From a virus, in IMG/VR virus record IMGVR_UViG_3300025834_000005: a stretch of DNA of 64,000 bases, one strand, 5' to 3'. The translations under genes were made by a program, and so were the position numbers. This document shows positions 1-9,760 of this stretch, piece by piece. Numbering within the stretch: the first letter of the stretch is position 1; the number at the start of each line of letters is the position of its first letter. Below the pieces are notes generated by a model, which saw only the letters and a program-made list of their open reading frames with translations, was not told where the DNA came from and ran no database searches.

Positions 1-141
1 GATTTCTGATATGTTATATTTCGAATCAAAAAGAGCATACTTGAAAGCAAGAAAACTTATAAAAAAAGGTAGGCGAATCATACACTCGAAATTAGGGTAA
101 ATATTATATGATAAAATGTATAACAATTAATAATTATAAAA

Positions 142-606
142 ATGAAGAAGAAAGATTGTAATTTTGGATTAGAGTGGGATTATAAAGGTATGCTGAGCAC
201 ACCTTATCCTAATGGCAAGCAGAGTGATTGGAATCAGATATTGATGACCATCGTTAATCAAGTATCTGTTAACATTAATAAATTGTCATTTAGAGGCGGA
301 GCAACTCATATTGAAATTAACTCAAAGCTATTACCATTGCTTAAAACTATGGAGTATTATAATGATGACGAAAAAATGCTGTCGAGTTATCATGTTGTGA
401 TTAATGAGAAAACAGAAAAAGACACCATTATCATGTATAACAAGAGTTTGCTTGAGAATATTGACGCAATCCCAATTGTTAACGGTAATGAGGGCGAGAA
501 TGGTATGATCACATTTACATTTTATAAACCATCTGATTGTAGTAAAGAAGACGTGATTACGTATATGCGGAATTTGTGCGGTTACATTGACATTAAAAAT
601 TTTTAA
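142..606 (+). CDS. small protein homologous to the C-terminal third of the major capsid protein (capsid-fragment paralog)
   Basis: 154-aa ATG ORF. WDYKGMLSTPYPNGKQSDWNQILMTIVNQVSVNINKLSFRGGA aligns with MCP (6656-8302) WDYNGLRRQTTPYMGTQKDWNQTLLTKINQISAQIHKSTLRGGA. Confidence 0.6.
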   Translation: MKKKDCNFGLEWDYKGMLSTPYPNGKQSDWNQILMTIVNQVSVNINKLSFRGGATHIEINSKLLPLLKTMEYYNDDEKMLSSYHVVINEKTEKDTIIMYNKSLLENIDAIPIVNGNEGENGMITFTFYKPSDCSKEDVITYMRNLCGYIDIKNF

Positions 607-1794
607 ATGAAAAGTTATCAAAAAGTATTGAAGAAAATTCTCAAGAAAGGCGTTGAGAAAGAAAGCGGCAGAGCTAACATGCCAAATACGATTGGCTTAT
701 CGCATGCAGTGATACAAATGGATTTGCAAAAGGGCTTTCCATTGCTAACAACTAAGAAAATGCATTGGAAAGGCATTGTTCATGAATTGCTATGGTTTCT
801 CAGAGGTGAAACAAATATAAAATATCTTATCGATAATAACTGTAATATTTGGAATGCCGACGCTTATCGCTGGTATTTGAAATATGCTGAACTAAATTCG
901 CCTTCATCAACTAAAAGAAACATTTTGACTGATGGTGAAGATGGGACTGATCGAATTTTTACTATGGAAGAGTTTGTATTCGTGGTAAAAAATGTCGGCT
1001 CTAAAGGTTTACCTGTGTTTGAATATGAGTATGAAAAATATTATACCCTTGGTGATCTTGGTAAAGTTTATGGTCATCAGTGGAGAAATCAAAATGGTGT
1101 TGATCAGGTTGCTGAGGTATTGGACGGTTTGAAAAATAATCCGTATAGTCGTTATCACATTATCGATGGCTGGAATAAGGCAGATTTTAGAGAAATGGCT
1201 TTACCTCCTTGTCATTTATTGTATCAGTTTATCGTTAGACCTATTAGTACTGCGGAGAGAGTAAAAATGTATGATAATAATGGTGATATGATTCATCGTG
1301 TATTAGGTACAGCCATTTTCCCAGAGAATGTTTTGTATTTAGGCGAAAACAATTTATTCGAGGTTGAATACCCTGACCCTATTGGAATTGAGTATTCACA
1401 GGAAGATATCGATTATCTTGATGCCAAGAATATTCCTAAGTTCTATCTTGACTTGAATATGTATCAAAGATCGGTTGACACGGCACTTGGGTGTCCATAT
1501 AATATAGCATCAATGTCAATACTTCTAATGTTATTTGCAAAGGTGAACAATATGATTCCAAGTATAGCTACTTGGATTGGAGGTGATACACATTTATACG
1601 TGAATCATATAGAGACTGCTAAAGAACAGATAACAAGAGAGCCTTATCCGTTGTCAACGCTTAATATTAATAAGGAACTTAATTCTCTTGAAGATATATT
1701 AAGTTTATCTATTGATGATTTTGAATTGGTCGGTTATCAATCTCATCCAAAGATTAACTATGAGCTATTTGTGGGATTATCAAAAAAAGCATAA
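607..1794 (+). CDS. thyA: thymidylate synthase family enzyme (ThyA-like) with two large insertions
   Basis: Motifs HWKGIVHELLWFLRGETN, YGHQWR, ALPPCH (catalytic Cys) and MYQRSVDTALGCPYNIAS. 395 aa, against about 265-320 for typical ThyA. Confidence 0.85.
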   Translation: MKSYQKVLKKILKKGVEKESGRANMPNTIGLSHAVIQMDLQKGFPLLTTKKMHWKGIVHELLWFLRGETNIKYLIDNNCNIWNADAYRWYLKYAELNSPSSTKRNILTDGEDGTDRIFTMEEFVFVVKNVGSKGLPVFEYEYEKYYTLGDLGKVYGHQWRNQNGVDQVAEVLDGLKNNPYSRYHIIDGWNKADFREMALPPCHLLYQFIVRPISTAERVKMYDNNGDMIHRVLGTAIFPENVLYLGENNLFEVEYPDPIGIEYSQEDIDYLDAKNIPKFYLDLNMYQRSVDTALGCPYNIASMSILLMLFAKVNNMIPSIATWIGGDTHLYVNHIETAKEQITREPYPLSTLNINKELNSLEDILSLSIDDFELVGYQSHPKINYELFVGLSKKA

Positions 1795-1795
1795 T

Positions 1796-2035
1796 ATGAG
1801 AAAAAGACGAGACGATGTTGAGGTTGCGATAGTTAACATATTATTATCTGAATCTAAAGAAACAGTATTTAACACTGTTTGTGATGACGAGGTTCTTAGC
1901 ATGGCTATCGATTCTCTTCTTGATGATCTTTACTCTAAAAATATCGAAGTCTTTTTTAGGGACAGGAATATAGTTATAACTGAAAACGGATATTATGTTG
2001 CTGTTTATCCAAAAGACCTTATAAAGGTTGAATAA
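1796..2035 (+). CDS. hypothetical protein
   Basis: ATG 1 nt after the thyA stop. The track ORF 1712-2035 starts inside thyA; M29 is chosen as the start. Confidence 0.55.
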   Translation: MRKRRDDVEVAIVNILLSESKETVFNTVCDDEVLSMAIDSLLDDLYSKNIEVFFRDRNIVITENGYYVAVYPKDLIKVE

Positions 2036-2037
2036 AT

Positions 2038-2277
2038 ATGATTCTAAGTATAATAATATTAATATTAGCGATAATAATATTATTGCTGATATTATTATTA
2101 TCAAAAACATTAAAATCAGCTTTAATATTATCGAGTAAGGAAAAAGATTTCATTAAGTTCGCTTTTGATATCTTCATTGACTATGGCGACACATTAGGAA
2201 TTCAGTCCGAAGATCAGCGTAAGTTAATAACAGCCGAACTTGAAAAGATAAAAACAAAACTGGACAAACAACAATAG
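2038..2277 (+). CDS. small membrane protein
   Basis: N-terminal hydrophobic helix ILSIIILILAIIILLLILLL. Ends in TAG, which lies inside the loop of a terminator hairpin. Confidence 0.6.
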   Translation: MILSIIILILAIIILLLILLLSKTLKSALILSSKEKDFIKFAFDIFIDYGDTLGIQSEDQRKLITAELEKIKTKLDKQQ

Positions 2278-2292
2278 TTTGTCCAGTTTTTT
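2260..2292 (+). terminator. intrinsic terminator
   Basis: 9-bp stem ctggacaaa/tttgtccag followed by a T6 tract. Confidence 0.7.
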
Positions 2293-2316
2293 ATATTAAA
2301 TACAATCCATTTTTTA

Positions 2317-2402
2317 CTTCTATAACGGTAAAAGTTACCGCTTTACGGCTACCCACCTATGGTAATCGGGTAATATAGGTGCTATAGCGGTAATTATAGA
2401 AG
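2317..2402. other. cloverleaf-like structured element in a convergent intergenic region
   Basis: 9-bp closing stem cttctataa/ttatagaag encloses three hairpins (cggtaa-aag-ttaccg; tacccacc..gggta; atag-gtg-ctat). Three GGTAA repeats. Confidence 0.4.
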
Positions 2403-2600
2403 CATACCGTATAATTGAACTGAGTTGTTTCTAATATCGATGACACGACTCTTAACTAAGAATATATCATGTGAGTCGCCGAATAAAATATGATCGCCTA
2501 TAATAGGTACAGGAACTAAATAGGATTCATATGTATGAAACAGGCTGTGATTTACGAAATCATTATTCTCGTCGGTACTAACTATTAATGTTATTTCCAT
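2394..2600 (-). CDS. hypothetical protein
   Basis: 68-aa ORF, last gene of the tightly packed minus-strand operon 4264->2394. Confidence 0.5.
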   Translation of the reverse strand: MEITLIVSTDENNDFVNHSLFHTYESYLVPVPIIGDHILFGDSHDIFLVKSRVIDIRNNSVQLYGMLL

Positions 2601-2601
2601 A

Positions 2602-3135
2602 TTATTCGATATTTATTACATCTGATTTTACAGGTATGCATACGATTGACTTGAAATAAGGCTTGAATCCGCCAATGCTCTTATTAGTTGTGTCAGTTAC
2701 GTTGTTAGCTTTCTCAACCTCATAGAATCGACTCTTTTCGCCACTAAAGTTATACTCAATAATATCACCTCTGTTAATCTCGGCATTCTTTTCCTCTAAC
2801 TCCTTTAAATAGATTCCGAAAGTTAAATTACCTGTGTCATCACGTGTTATACCGCCGTTATCAGCACCGTAAAACACTTGTTCGCCGTCTTCGATTGTTA
2901 GCATCACATTCAACTTTATAACAGGCAGAAATTTCTTATCGGTACTCTTAGCTTGTCCGTATAAACTGTGCGACTTAGTTTCAATGATATTAATACGATG
3001 AAGATTTACATATTGAACGTTATCAGTTTTTAAAAACTGCCTACCATAGAATACATCAAGATCAAATGAGTTGTCACTCATAAATAAACCATATCTTTCG
3101 TCCTCTAAATTTATTCTATTTGCTTTCTTTCTCAT
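2602..3135 (-). CDS. hypothetical protein (late operon, possibly virion-associated)
   Basis: 177-aa ORF with 1-nt spacers to both neighbours. Confidence 0.55.
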   Translation of the reverse strand: MRKKANRINLEDERYGLFMSDNSFDLDVFYGRQFLKTDNVQYVNLHRINIIETKSHSLYGQAKSTDKKFLPVIKLNVMLTIEDGEQVFYGADNGGITRDDTGNLTFGIYLKELEEKNAEINRGDIIEYNFSGEKSRFYEVEKANNVTDTTNKSIGGFKPYFKSIVCIPVKSDVINIE

Positions 3136-3136
3136 A

Positions 3137-4264
3137 TTAAATAGCGATTATTGGGAATTGAATTGGCTGGAATCCTCTTTCCTTATTAATATTCTCTGCG
3201 ATAGTCGCTCTCTCCAACGTTAAATTAGCTTGTGACATTTTCTCTAAAGCATCCATTATGATTTTCTCAGTATCCTCTTTCAGTTTAGTTCCTTCATCAA
3301 GTAAGTGACGGTAATCCATAACAAGTGCTTTTTCAGCTACACCAAGTTCACCTGTGAAGAATCCACGAATACCACCGACAACTATTTTCACTTTAGCTAT
3401 TAATAGATTTCTTATTTGTTGTTTAGCAACGTCATTCAAATTCTCCCATTGAAGAACTTCTGTCGGAGCATCTGATGGTAATCGTACAATATCTTGGTTC
3501 TTCTTCAAGCATTTTTTACGATCTTTATCAGAAGTAAACATGGTGTCGTAATACCAATACCAAACCTTTCTACCAGCATAATGTTTACCCCATCCATAAG
3601 CAATTTCTCGTCTACCGCCTGGAATTGGGTATAAATGAAGCATCTTTTCACCTGATTCTAAGCCAGTTATACGATATGTTAAAATCGACTGTAATACTCT
3701 ACTTTTCATACTACGATCTTGTGCTGACAATAATGCAGAATATGTTGGCTGAACATACATCGACGGACGACCAAGGTATGACCACCCAGCCATGCCAGGC
3801 GTAAACGTGTTAAGTGCCATAGGATCAATCATTCCAGCGTCCACCTCTGGCGGAGTTTCCCATAAAACTTCGTTAACTTCTCGACCTGCTGGTATTATAT
3901 AATGTTGGGTGTTTTCGGCTGTTATAATATAATCCCTTTTTAATTCCCACCCAGCACCAGCTGGCGCATTCGTGCCTAACCCAACCTGTTTTGAGTACGC
4001 ATATGTGAATGATTTCATATAGTTGTTACTCTTGCTTGTGAATGCCGATACAAAGTCACTATTAACCTTATCCAAGCCCTCTAAGTTGATCCACTGCTGA
4101 TGAATCAACCATGCATTTACAAGTGATGAATAGTCTTCTATGACCATTTCAAGATATGACATCAACATATCGTCTTTTATTTCGAAAGGTCTTAAAGGGT
4201 AACCCATTTCATGTTTTACCTGAAGAAATAATTTATTTTTGTTTGTGCTTGCTATTATCGCCAT
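3137..4264 (-). CDS. putative virion structural protein
   Basis: 375-aa ORF, first gene after the phage motif at 4286-4298. No family recognised. Confidence 0.55.
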   Translation of the reverse strand: MAIIASTNKNKLFLQVKHEMGYPLRPFEIKDDMLMSYLEMVIEDYSSLVNAWLIHQQWINLEGLDKVNSDFVSAFTSKSNNYMKSFTYAYSKQVGLGTNAPAGAGWELKRDYIITAENTQHYIIPAGREVNEVLWETPPEVDAGMIDPMALNTFTPGMAGWSYLGRPSMYVQPTYSALLSAQDRSMKSRVLQSILTYRITGLESGEKMLHLYPIPGGRREIAYGWGKHYAGRKVWYWYYDTMFTSDKDRKKCLKKNQDIVRLPSDAPTEVLQWENLNDVAKQQIRNLLIAKVKIVVGGIRGFFTGELGVAEKALVMDYRHLLDEGTKLKEDTEKIIMDALEKMSQANLTLERATIAENINKERGFQPIQFPIIAI

Positions 4265-4285
4265 AATTAAGTATTTTTGTGCTTT

Positions 4286-4298
4286 TAATATAAATACT
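4286..4298 (-). promoter_or_regulatory. phage-specific upstream motif (sense AGTATTTATATTA)
   Basis: 22 nt upstream of ATG 4264. Member of the 19-copy motif family. Confidence 0.55.
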
Positions 4299-4311
4299 AA
4301 ATAATTGGAAT

Positions 4312-4782
4312 ATGTTTAAAATTGAATACAATGTAAAAATTGATGATGAGACTGGTGATCCGTATATTGATATCCCTGTCGATTATGAACAAAGACAAGA
4401 GGATAAGTTCTTCGCATTCGAAATTACGAGATATGTTTTACAGGACATCTTAAAAAAGGGTACATATAATTCAAACCCAATCCTTCTCAAAGCAATACAG
4501 GATAATTTTGATTTTATTAGCGATATTTCCGATGAATTAGGATCATTAATTGTAGACCAAATGAAAATAGCTGGCGAGATCAGCATGTCGTTTGATGTAA
4601 ATTATAATTTTAAGGTTGATACATATAATGACCTTTTATATAAAAATATGTATCATTATAAGGATAAATTATTCATGAAAGTACAAGGATTAACGGTATA
4701 CGTTAACGATACAAATGACATTTATGTTTATGACTTGGACGAGACCGATACATTAGCATGGATTAAAATAGTCGGAGCATGA
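4312..4782 (+). CDS. hypothetical protein
   Basis: 156-aa ORF whose stop overlaps the helicase start (ATGA). Confidence 0.6.
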   Translation: MFKIEYNVKIDDETGDPYIDIPVDYEQRQEDKFFAFEITRYVLQDILKKGTYNSNPILLKAIQDNFDFISDISDELGSLIVDQMKIAGEISMSFDVNYNFKVDTYNDLLYKNMYHYKDKLFMKVQGLTVYVNDTNDIYVYDLDETDTLAWIKIVGA

Positions 4783-6278
4783 AAATGATTCCAACTAAAG
4801 AACAGAAGACTATTTTTAATTTTGTTAAGAATAGACCCGAAAGTATTTTGATTGAAGCATTTGCTGGTAGTGGTAAAACAACCACAATTGTCGAAGCTGT
4901 TAAATTATTGCCAGAATCTTTAAAAATAACATTTTTGGCTTTCAATAAGCATATAAAAGAGGAACTTAGCTTAAAATTACCTGAACATGTTAAATGTTAT
5001 ACAACATATGGTCTCGGATATTCGGCGATTATGCGTAAATATAAGGACAAAATCAAATTTGACGAGTTTAAAATTGATAAACTGATTCAGAAGAAGGCTA
5101 AATCATGGGTTTTATCGGACAATATTAAAGACGAGTCCGATAAGTATCTATATTTTAATCAAATTAAGCGATTAGTTGATGCTTGTAGGCTAACTTTAAC
5201 AATGAAGCCCGAATATGTCCCATATATATCGGACAGATATGATATTGGTTTACATAAACCAGAGGATATTAAACGTGCGTTAAAAATATTAGATGCTGCA
5301 TCCACCGATAGAACCACATTCGATTATACCGACATGGTATATCTACCAGCTATCGATAATTCAATATGGATGTTTCCACAGGATGTTGTATTTGTTGATG
5401 AGGTACAGGATGTAAATCGTTGTCAGATAAAGATCATTGAGAAGATATTGAAAAAGGATAAAGTAACTGGTAAAACAATTGGTAGACTTATAGCCGTTGG
5501 CGATTACTACCAAGGTATATACGGATTTAATTATTCTGATGATAAATCCTTCCAATGGTTTAGAGATTATAAAGGAATTGAGACATTAAAACTATCATAT
5601 TCCTTTAGATGTGCTAAAAACGTCATTCTAAAGGCTAATGAGATTGTTCCAGATATTCTTGCATTGGAAACAGCACCAGATGGACTTGTTAGACAGGGTT
5701 CAGTATTAGCAGAAGCAGCAAGTGGAGATTTTGTTTTGTGTCGAACCACAGCACCTTTAATAAGGTTGTTTTTCGAATTACTTATTCAACATAAAAAAGC
5801 TGTTATCAAAGGTACTGATATTGGAATTGGTTTGGTTAACATGATCGGAGAGATAAAAACAGTTGATAAATTAATTTATCATTGGGAGACAAAACTTTTT
5901 AATATGAAAAGGGAGATATCAGCAACAGGTGTCATAAATCCTGAATTACATAGCGGATATGTTGCTTTGGAGGATAAAGTGCTTACATTAACATTTCTCG
6001 GAAGACTATCAAAAGATATTATTGATCTTAAATTAAAAATATCCATGATTTTTAGTGACGAAAATGGCGATGGTATTATTTTATCTACGGTGCATAAAGC
6101 AAAAGGTAGCGAAGCTGATAGGGTTTTTATAGTTAGACCAGATTTAATGCCTCTTCCAAATTCGAGAGGATGGCAAGCAGCCCAAGAACAGAATCTTATG
6201 TATGTTGCGTATACGAGAGCAAAAACAGAATTAATATTTGACATGGAATGGTCAGACGAAAAAATTAACGAAGAATAA
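4779..6278 (+). CDS. UvrD/PcrA-like superfamily 1 DNA helicase
   Basis: Walker A AFAGSGKTTT, Walker B VFVDEVQD, GDYYQGIYGF, LSYSFRC, STVHKAKGSEADRVFIV, YVAYTRAK. Confidence 0.85.
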   Translation: MKMIPTKEQKTIFNFVKNRPESILIEAFAGSGKTTTIVEAVKLLPESLKITFLAFNKHIKEELSLKLPEHVKCYTTYGLGYSAIMRKYKDKIKFDEFKIDKLIQKKAKSWVLSDNIKDESDKYLYFNQIKRLVDACRLTLTMKPEYVPYISDRYDIGLHKPEDIKRALKILDAASTDRTTFDYTDMVYLPAIDNSIWMFPQDVVFVDEVQDVNRCQIKIIEKILKKDKVTGKTIGRLIAVGDYYQGIYGFNYSDDKSFQWFRDYKGIETLKLSYSFRCAKNVILKANEIVPDILALETAPDGLVRQGSVLAEAASGDFVLCRTTAPLIRLFFELLIQHKKAVIKGTDIGIGLVNMIGEIKTVDKLIYHWETKLFNMKREISATGVINPELHSGYVALEDKVLTLTFLGRLSKDIIDLKLKISMIFSDENGDGIILSTVHKAKGSEADRVFIVRPDLMPLPNSRGWQAAQEQNLMYVAYTRAKTELIFDMEWSDEKINEE

Positions 6279-6293
6279 TATTAAATCAGAATT

Positions 6294-6605
6294 ATGAGAA
6301 GATATGTGAAAATTGATAATGTGGATAATTTAAGAATATCCGTTAGTTATGAGCCATTGGATAATGTTCTTATTTTTGAGGGAGAGCAGAAGTCGCCAAC
6401 GCTTATATGGGCAGTGATTACAAGGCAATCAGTTCCATATGTTCCAGAGATACTTGATAGCCTTCCACAGATATTGTATAGTGTACAGTTAAAAATGGAT
6501 GAAGTGCTTACAAATATGTTGCATATTAGCGATGTGCTTGCTCAACATAAGCTAATCGGAAGTATTGAAGAATCTGATGAGGCATTTAATCAGAAAAAAG
6601 CATAA
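6294..6605 (+). CDS. hypothetical protein
   Basis: 103-aa ORF followed by a terminator. Confidence 0.55.
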   Translation: MRRYVKIDNVDNLRISVSYEPLDNVLIFEGEQKSPTLIWAVITRQSVPYVPEILDSLPQILYSVQLKMDEVLTNMLHISDVLAQHKLIGSIEESDEAFNQKKA

Positions 6606-6634
6606 AAAAAGGTGGAATCTAATTCCACCTTTTC
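6604..6634. terminator. bidirectional intrinsic terminator
   Basis: ggtggaat-cta-attccacc hairpin flanked by A7 and T4, between convergent genes. Confidence 0.75.
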
Positions 6635-6655
6635 TATATTTAAGTCGTTAAACTC

Positions 6656-8302
6656 TTAGTTTAAATCGCCAATTCCGAATGTCTGAAGACCATCGCAGAA
6701 GATTCTACCGAAGTAACGGTTAAGAACCATTTTCTTAGCATAACGAGTGATGATACCACGTATTGGGGTAAAATCGAATGGGTTATACATGACAGGGGTC
6801 AACTGCATAGGAACATAAGGAGCATAGATATAACCAGTTTCAAGGATACTTGTTCCTTTGTGACCGATAAGGATCGTGTTTGCTGGTGCATATGGGTCAC
6901 GATACACAAGGTAACGTGAAGATAATGTACCTACTTTTTCGATACCCATGTTATACTTATCCTGTTCTGGATCAGCGTTTGACACGTGGAAATACTCTAA
7001 GTCATCCATTACGGCACTAACTTCTGGAGAAACAACAATCCAAGATGCACCACCACGAAGGGTTGATTTGTGAATCTGAGCAGAGATTTGGTTGATCTTG
7101 GTTAACAAGGTCTGATTCCAATCTTTCTGTGTTCCCATGTAAGGAGTTGTCTGACGTCTAAGACCGTTATAGTCCCAACGAGCAGTCCATGCTGCACCTC
7201 TACGAAGGTCACGAAGAATTTCTCTATCGATTTCAGCAGCCATTTGTTCTGACAATAAAGCAGTCAATTCAGCTTCGGCATCGATGTTGTGGAATGCGCT
7301 AACGTCCTGTGCAAGTTCTGGAGTCCACTGTGATCTCATTTTACGAGTCTCAACAGAAACAGTTACCTGATCAAGTACGAAAGTAACTTCAGCCATACGA
7401 GAGTCTTCTTCAAGATCGCTGTATGTTTTGTAAGTGTAAGTGAAAGATACACCTGATGTGGCAGCAGACAAAGCTTGGTAACCATCTGCACCTGGGTATG
7501 TTAAGTCAACAATAAGTTCGATACCGCCGTTTTTGTCAACGATAGCCTGACCGTATTTCTGAACCTTAACATTAAAAGGTAGGGTCATACCACTTGCAAT
7601 ACTTTCAGAGCCAAAAGCTACTGGTGCATTGAAGGCAACGTTTGAAGTGATCTTCAAACCTGCAAGGAATGATTCTGTATCCTGAGCAGCACCTTTAGGC
7701 CCGATCAATTTACCTTGCTCTGTAGCAGTGAAACCACTGAAACGAACGCTTACATATTTATCACCAGCGTTATAAGTACCAGCTGCAACGCCAGTTACGT
7801 TAGTGATTGCTCCCTTAGAATTGTCAAACAATGAAGTTCCTTCGTCACCATAAGACTGTGCATAGAATGCATCGTACAATGAGCGATCTTCAAACTGAGT
7901 TCCTGTACCATCGGTTTTGTGCTCAGCAGCATTTGTGTAAGCTCCCATAGGTGCTTTATGAACTGAGGTAGATGTTTTAGGATTGATGTAGTACAATTTA
8001 CCGATAGGTAAATTCAATGCCTGAACACTAACGATGTCGTTAGCAAGCAATTTTGCGAACACCCTACGGATAACAGGGAACGCTACAGTCTCAAACTGAC
8101 CTGATGATGCTGAATCGGTTGATTCGTTGATCATATAAGACAACTGATTCTCAAATAACTGAGCACAGTTTTCTTTTACGTGTCCGTCAAGACCCTTAAG
8201 TAGACCGATTTTTTCCCAACGGTTAGTGGTGATTTCACGTTGTTCTCTTAGCTGTTTCAAGCCAATATTTCCAACTTCATTCGATTCTGTTAAAAATCCC
8301 AT
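6656..8302 (-). CDS. major capsid protein (T4 gp23-like position)
   Basis: 548-aa ORF directly after protease and scaffold genes (gp21-gp22-gp23 order). N-terminal region carries L-x-E sites (QLFE, MINE, GQFE) before AFPVIRRVF. Confidence 0.75.
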   Translation of the reverse strand: MGFLTESNEVGNIGLKQLREQREITTNRWEKIGLLKGLDGHVKENCAQLFENQLSYMINESTDSASSGQFETVAFPVIRRVFAKLLANDIVSVQALNLPIGKLYYINPKTSTSVHKAPMGAYTNAAEHKTDGTGTQFEDRSLYDAFYAQSYGDEGTSLFDNSKGAITNVTGVAAGTYNAGDKYVSVRFSGFTATEQGKLIGPKGAAQDTESFLAGLKITSNVAFNAPVAFGSESIASGMTLPFNVKVQKYGQAIVDKNGGIELIVDLTYPGADGYQALSAATSGVSFTYTYKTYSDLEEDSRMAEVTFVLDQVTVSVETRKMRSQWTPELAQDVSAFHNIDAEAELTALLSEQMAAEIDREILRDLRRGAAWTARWDYNGLRRQTTPYMGTQKDWNQTLLTKINQISAQIHKSTLRGGASWIVVSPEVSAVMDDLEYFHVSNADPEQDKYNMGIEKVGTLSSRYLVYRDPYAPANTILIGHKGTSILETGYIYAPYVPMQLTPVMYNPFDFTPIRGIITRYAKKMVLNRYFGRIFCDGLQTFGIGDLN

Positions 8303-8345
8303 AATTTTTTTTATTATTAAATCTTATTTTTTATTTTCGCCTAAA

Positions 8346-9674
8346 TTATTTTCCACCTACATAGCTCATGTTCTTCATCAGTCTTCTCATGTGCTCATCA
8401 TTTACATAGGTTGTTTTTTCTGTCACCTCATCTAATTTTTGTTTTGAGGACGGTTGTATAGAGGCTGATACTTTCGACTCAAGACTTTCGGTAATAGGTT
8501 TCTTTCCTTTTTTCATTTCTGAAATAACGGACTTATACTTATTCTCTGATTCAGTGATGTCACTAATGTTTTTAAACTCATTAATAACGTTAATTTTTTC
8601 TTGCTGTGTTAATGCCAAATCTTCGTTTATAAGAATATTGTTAACGTGTGCAAGGTTAGTGTTGAATACAGCCATCTCTTTCAATTGGGTTCTGTATTTT
8701 CCTAAAGCTGTTTTGTATTTTTCAAGAGTTTCAGCAACTGTCTCATTCAATTTAACGGCGGCAATCAATTTCTTGGTTACTGTTTTGTTTTCATTGATAA
8801 GTCCAGCAATTTTTGCTTTAGATTCTTGCATAAATGCAGGTGACTGATCCAATTCTCCTTTGCTTAGATATTCACTATTAGGTAGATGTCTACCAACAGT
8901 ATTTCTCCTTGCAGTGTATGAAACACCGTGAGATTCTTCAATTTCATCCTCATTTACAACATCATTGTTACTGTTTAAAGCACTGTCAATTTCTTCATCA
9001 GATGGAAGTCTCATTTCATAAACTGAATCAAGATCATTATCGTCAGCAGCTGCATTGTCCGTGAATGATGTTTCTGCTCCAGCCTCTGCATCGTCGTTAC
9101 CAACTTCAGCAGTTTCTTCGCTATCAATACCCATTGCGGCAATAATACTATTTAACTTATCTCTCAATTCTTTAAGTTCATGACCGATATTCTCGTCATC
9201 AGCTTCGGCAGTTTCTTCGCCTGTGGCTTCAATACCTTCGATGCCTTGTGCACCAGCTTCTTCGCCCGTACCTTCTGCGCCTTCAATACCCGATAATTCT
9301 CTTTCAATTTCTTCCATTGTCAAAGTCATATCGCCAGCATTATCGTCAGCATATTCTGTTTGATCAAATTCTTCTTTGATTACATCCTTAACAGGAATGT
9401 CTTTACCTTTAACTTTTTTTACTTCGGTCTCTTTGGTTTTCATAACAGAATCTTTATTTTTTTTATCATCCGATTCTTCGGATTCTTTATTTTTGTCAAC
9501 ATCATCCTTATCGGATTCTTTTGCTGATTTTTTATTCTTCTTAAACTCTTCTTTAATCAATTCGCTTATTTTTGTTGGATACTCCTCAGCCAATTTATTC
9601 TTAGCATTTACACTTGCTGCTTCGAATAATTGATTGTATTCCACTAAAGCGTCTTTTAATAACTTGTTTGCCAT
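8346..9674 (-). CDS. scaffolding protein (acidic, coiled-coil)
   Basis: 442 aa, very D/E/K-rich with helical heptad-like stretches. Lies between protease and capsid genes. N-terminus has NQLFE. Confidence 0.65.
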   Translation of the reverse strand: MANKLLKDALVEYNQLFEAASVNAKNKLAEEYPTKISELIKEEFKKNKKSAKESDKDDVDKNKESEESDDKKNKDSVMKTKETEVKKVKGKDIPVKDVIKEEFDQTEYADDNAGDMTLTMEEIERELSGIEGAEGTGEEAGAQGIEGIEATGEETAEADDENIGHELKELRDKLNSIIAAMGIDSEETAEVGNDDAEAGAETSFTDNAAADDNDLDSVYEMRLPSDEEIDSALNSNNDVVNEDEIEESHGVSYTARRNTVGRHLPNSEYLSKGELDQSPAFMQESKAKIAGLINENKTVTKKLIAAVKLNETVAETLEKYKTALGKYRTQLKEMAVFNTNLAHVNNILINEDLALTQQEKINVINEFKNISDITESENKYKSVISEMKKGKKPITESLESKVSASIQPSSKQKLDEVTEKTTYVNDEHMRRLMKNMSYVGGK

Positions 9675-9705
9675 ATTAATAATGTCGAATTAATTTAATA
9701 TTTTA

Positions 9706-9718
9706 CTAATAAATACAC
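9706..9718 (-). promoter_or_regulatory. phage-specific upstream motif (sense GTGTATTTATTAG)
   Basis: 32 nt upstream of ATG 9674. Confidence 0.45.
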
Positions 9719-9760
9719 TTAGTTTGTAAAAAAGTATATAATTTTAATAAAATAATTTAT

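Noticed and set aside
2-100. Possible 3' end of an upstream gene (frame open from the window edge to TAA 98-100)
   Set aside because: Only 32 codons with no recognisable similarity. It cannot be supported from this window.
331-621. Short antisense ORFs throughout the track (for example 331-621, 1844-2110, 4383-4586, 5879-6244, 8554-8847, 13749-14069, 29658-30104, 41043-41396)
   Set aside because: Each is nested inside a longer ORF with recognisable motifs or operon context on the other strand. AT-rich genomes with few antisense stops generate these.
2291-2304. Extra copy of the phage motif (TATATTAAATAC) after gene 2038-2277
   Set aside because: It points into the 3' end of a plus-strand gene with no downstream ORF in that orientation. 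Likely chance in AT-rich sequence.
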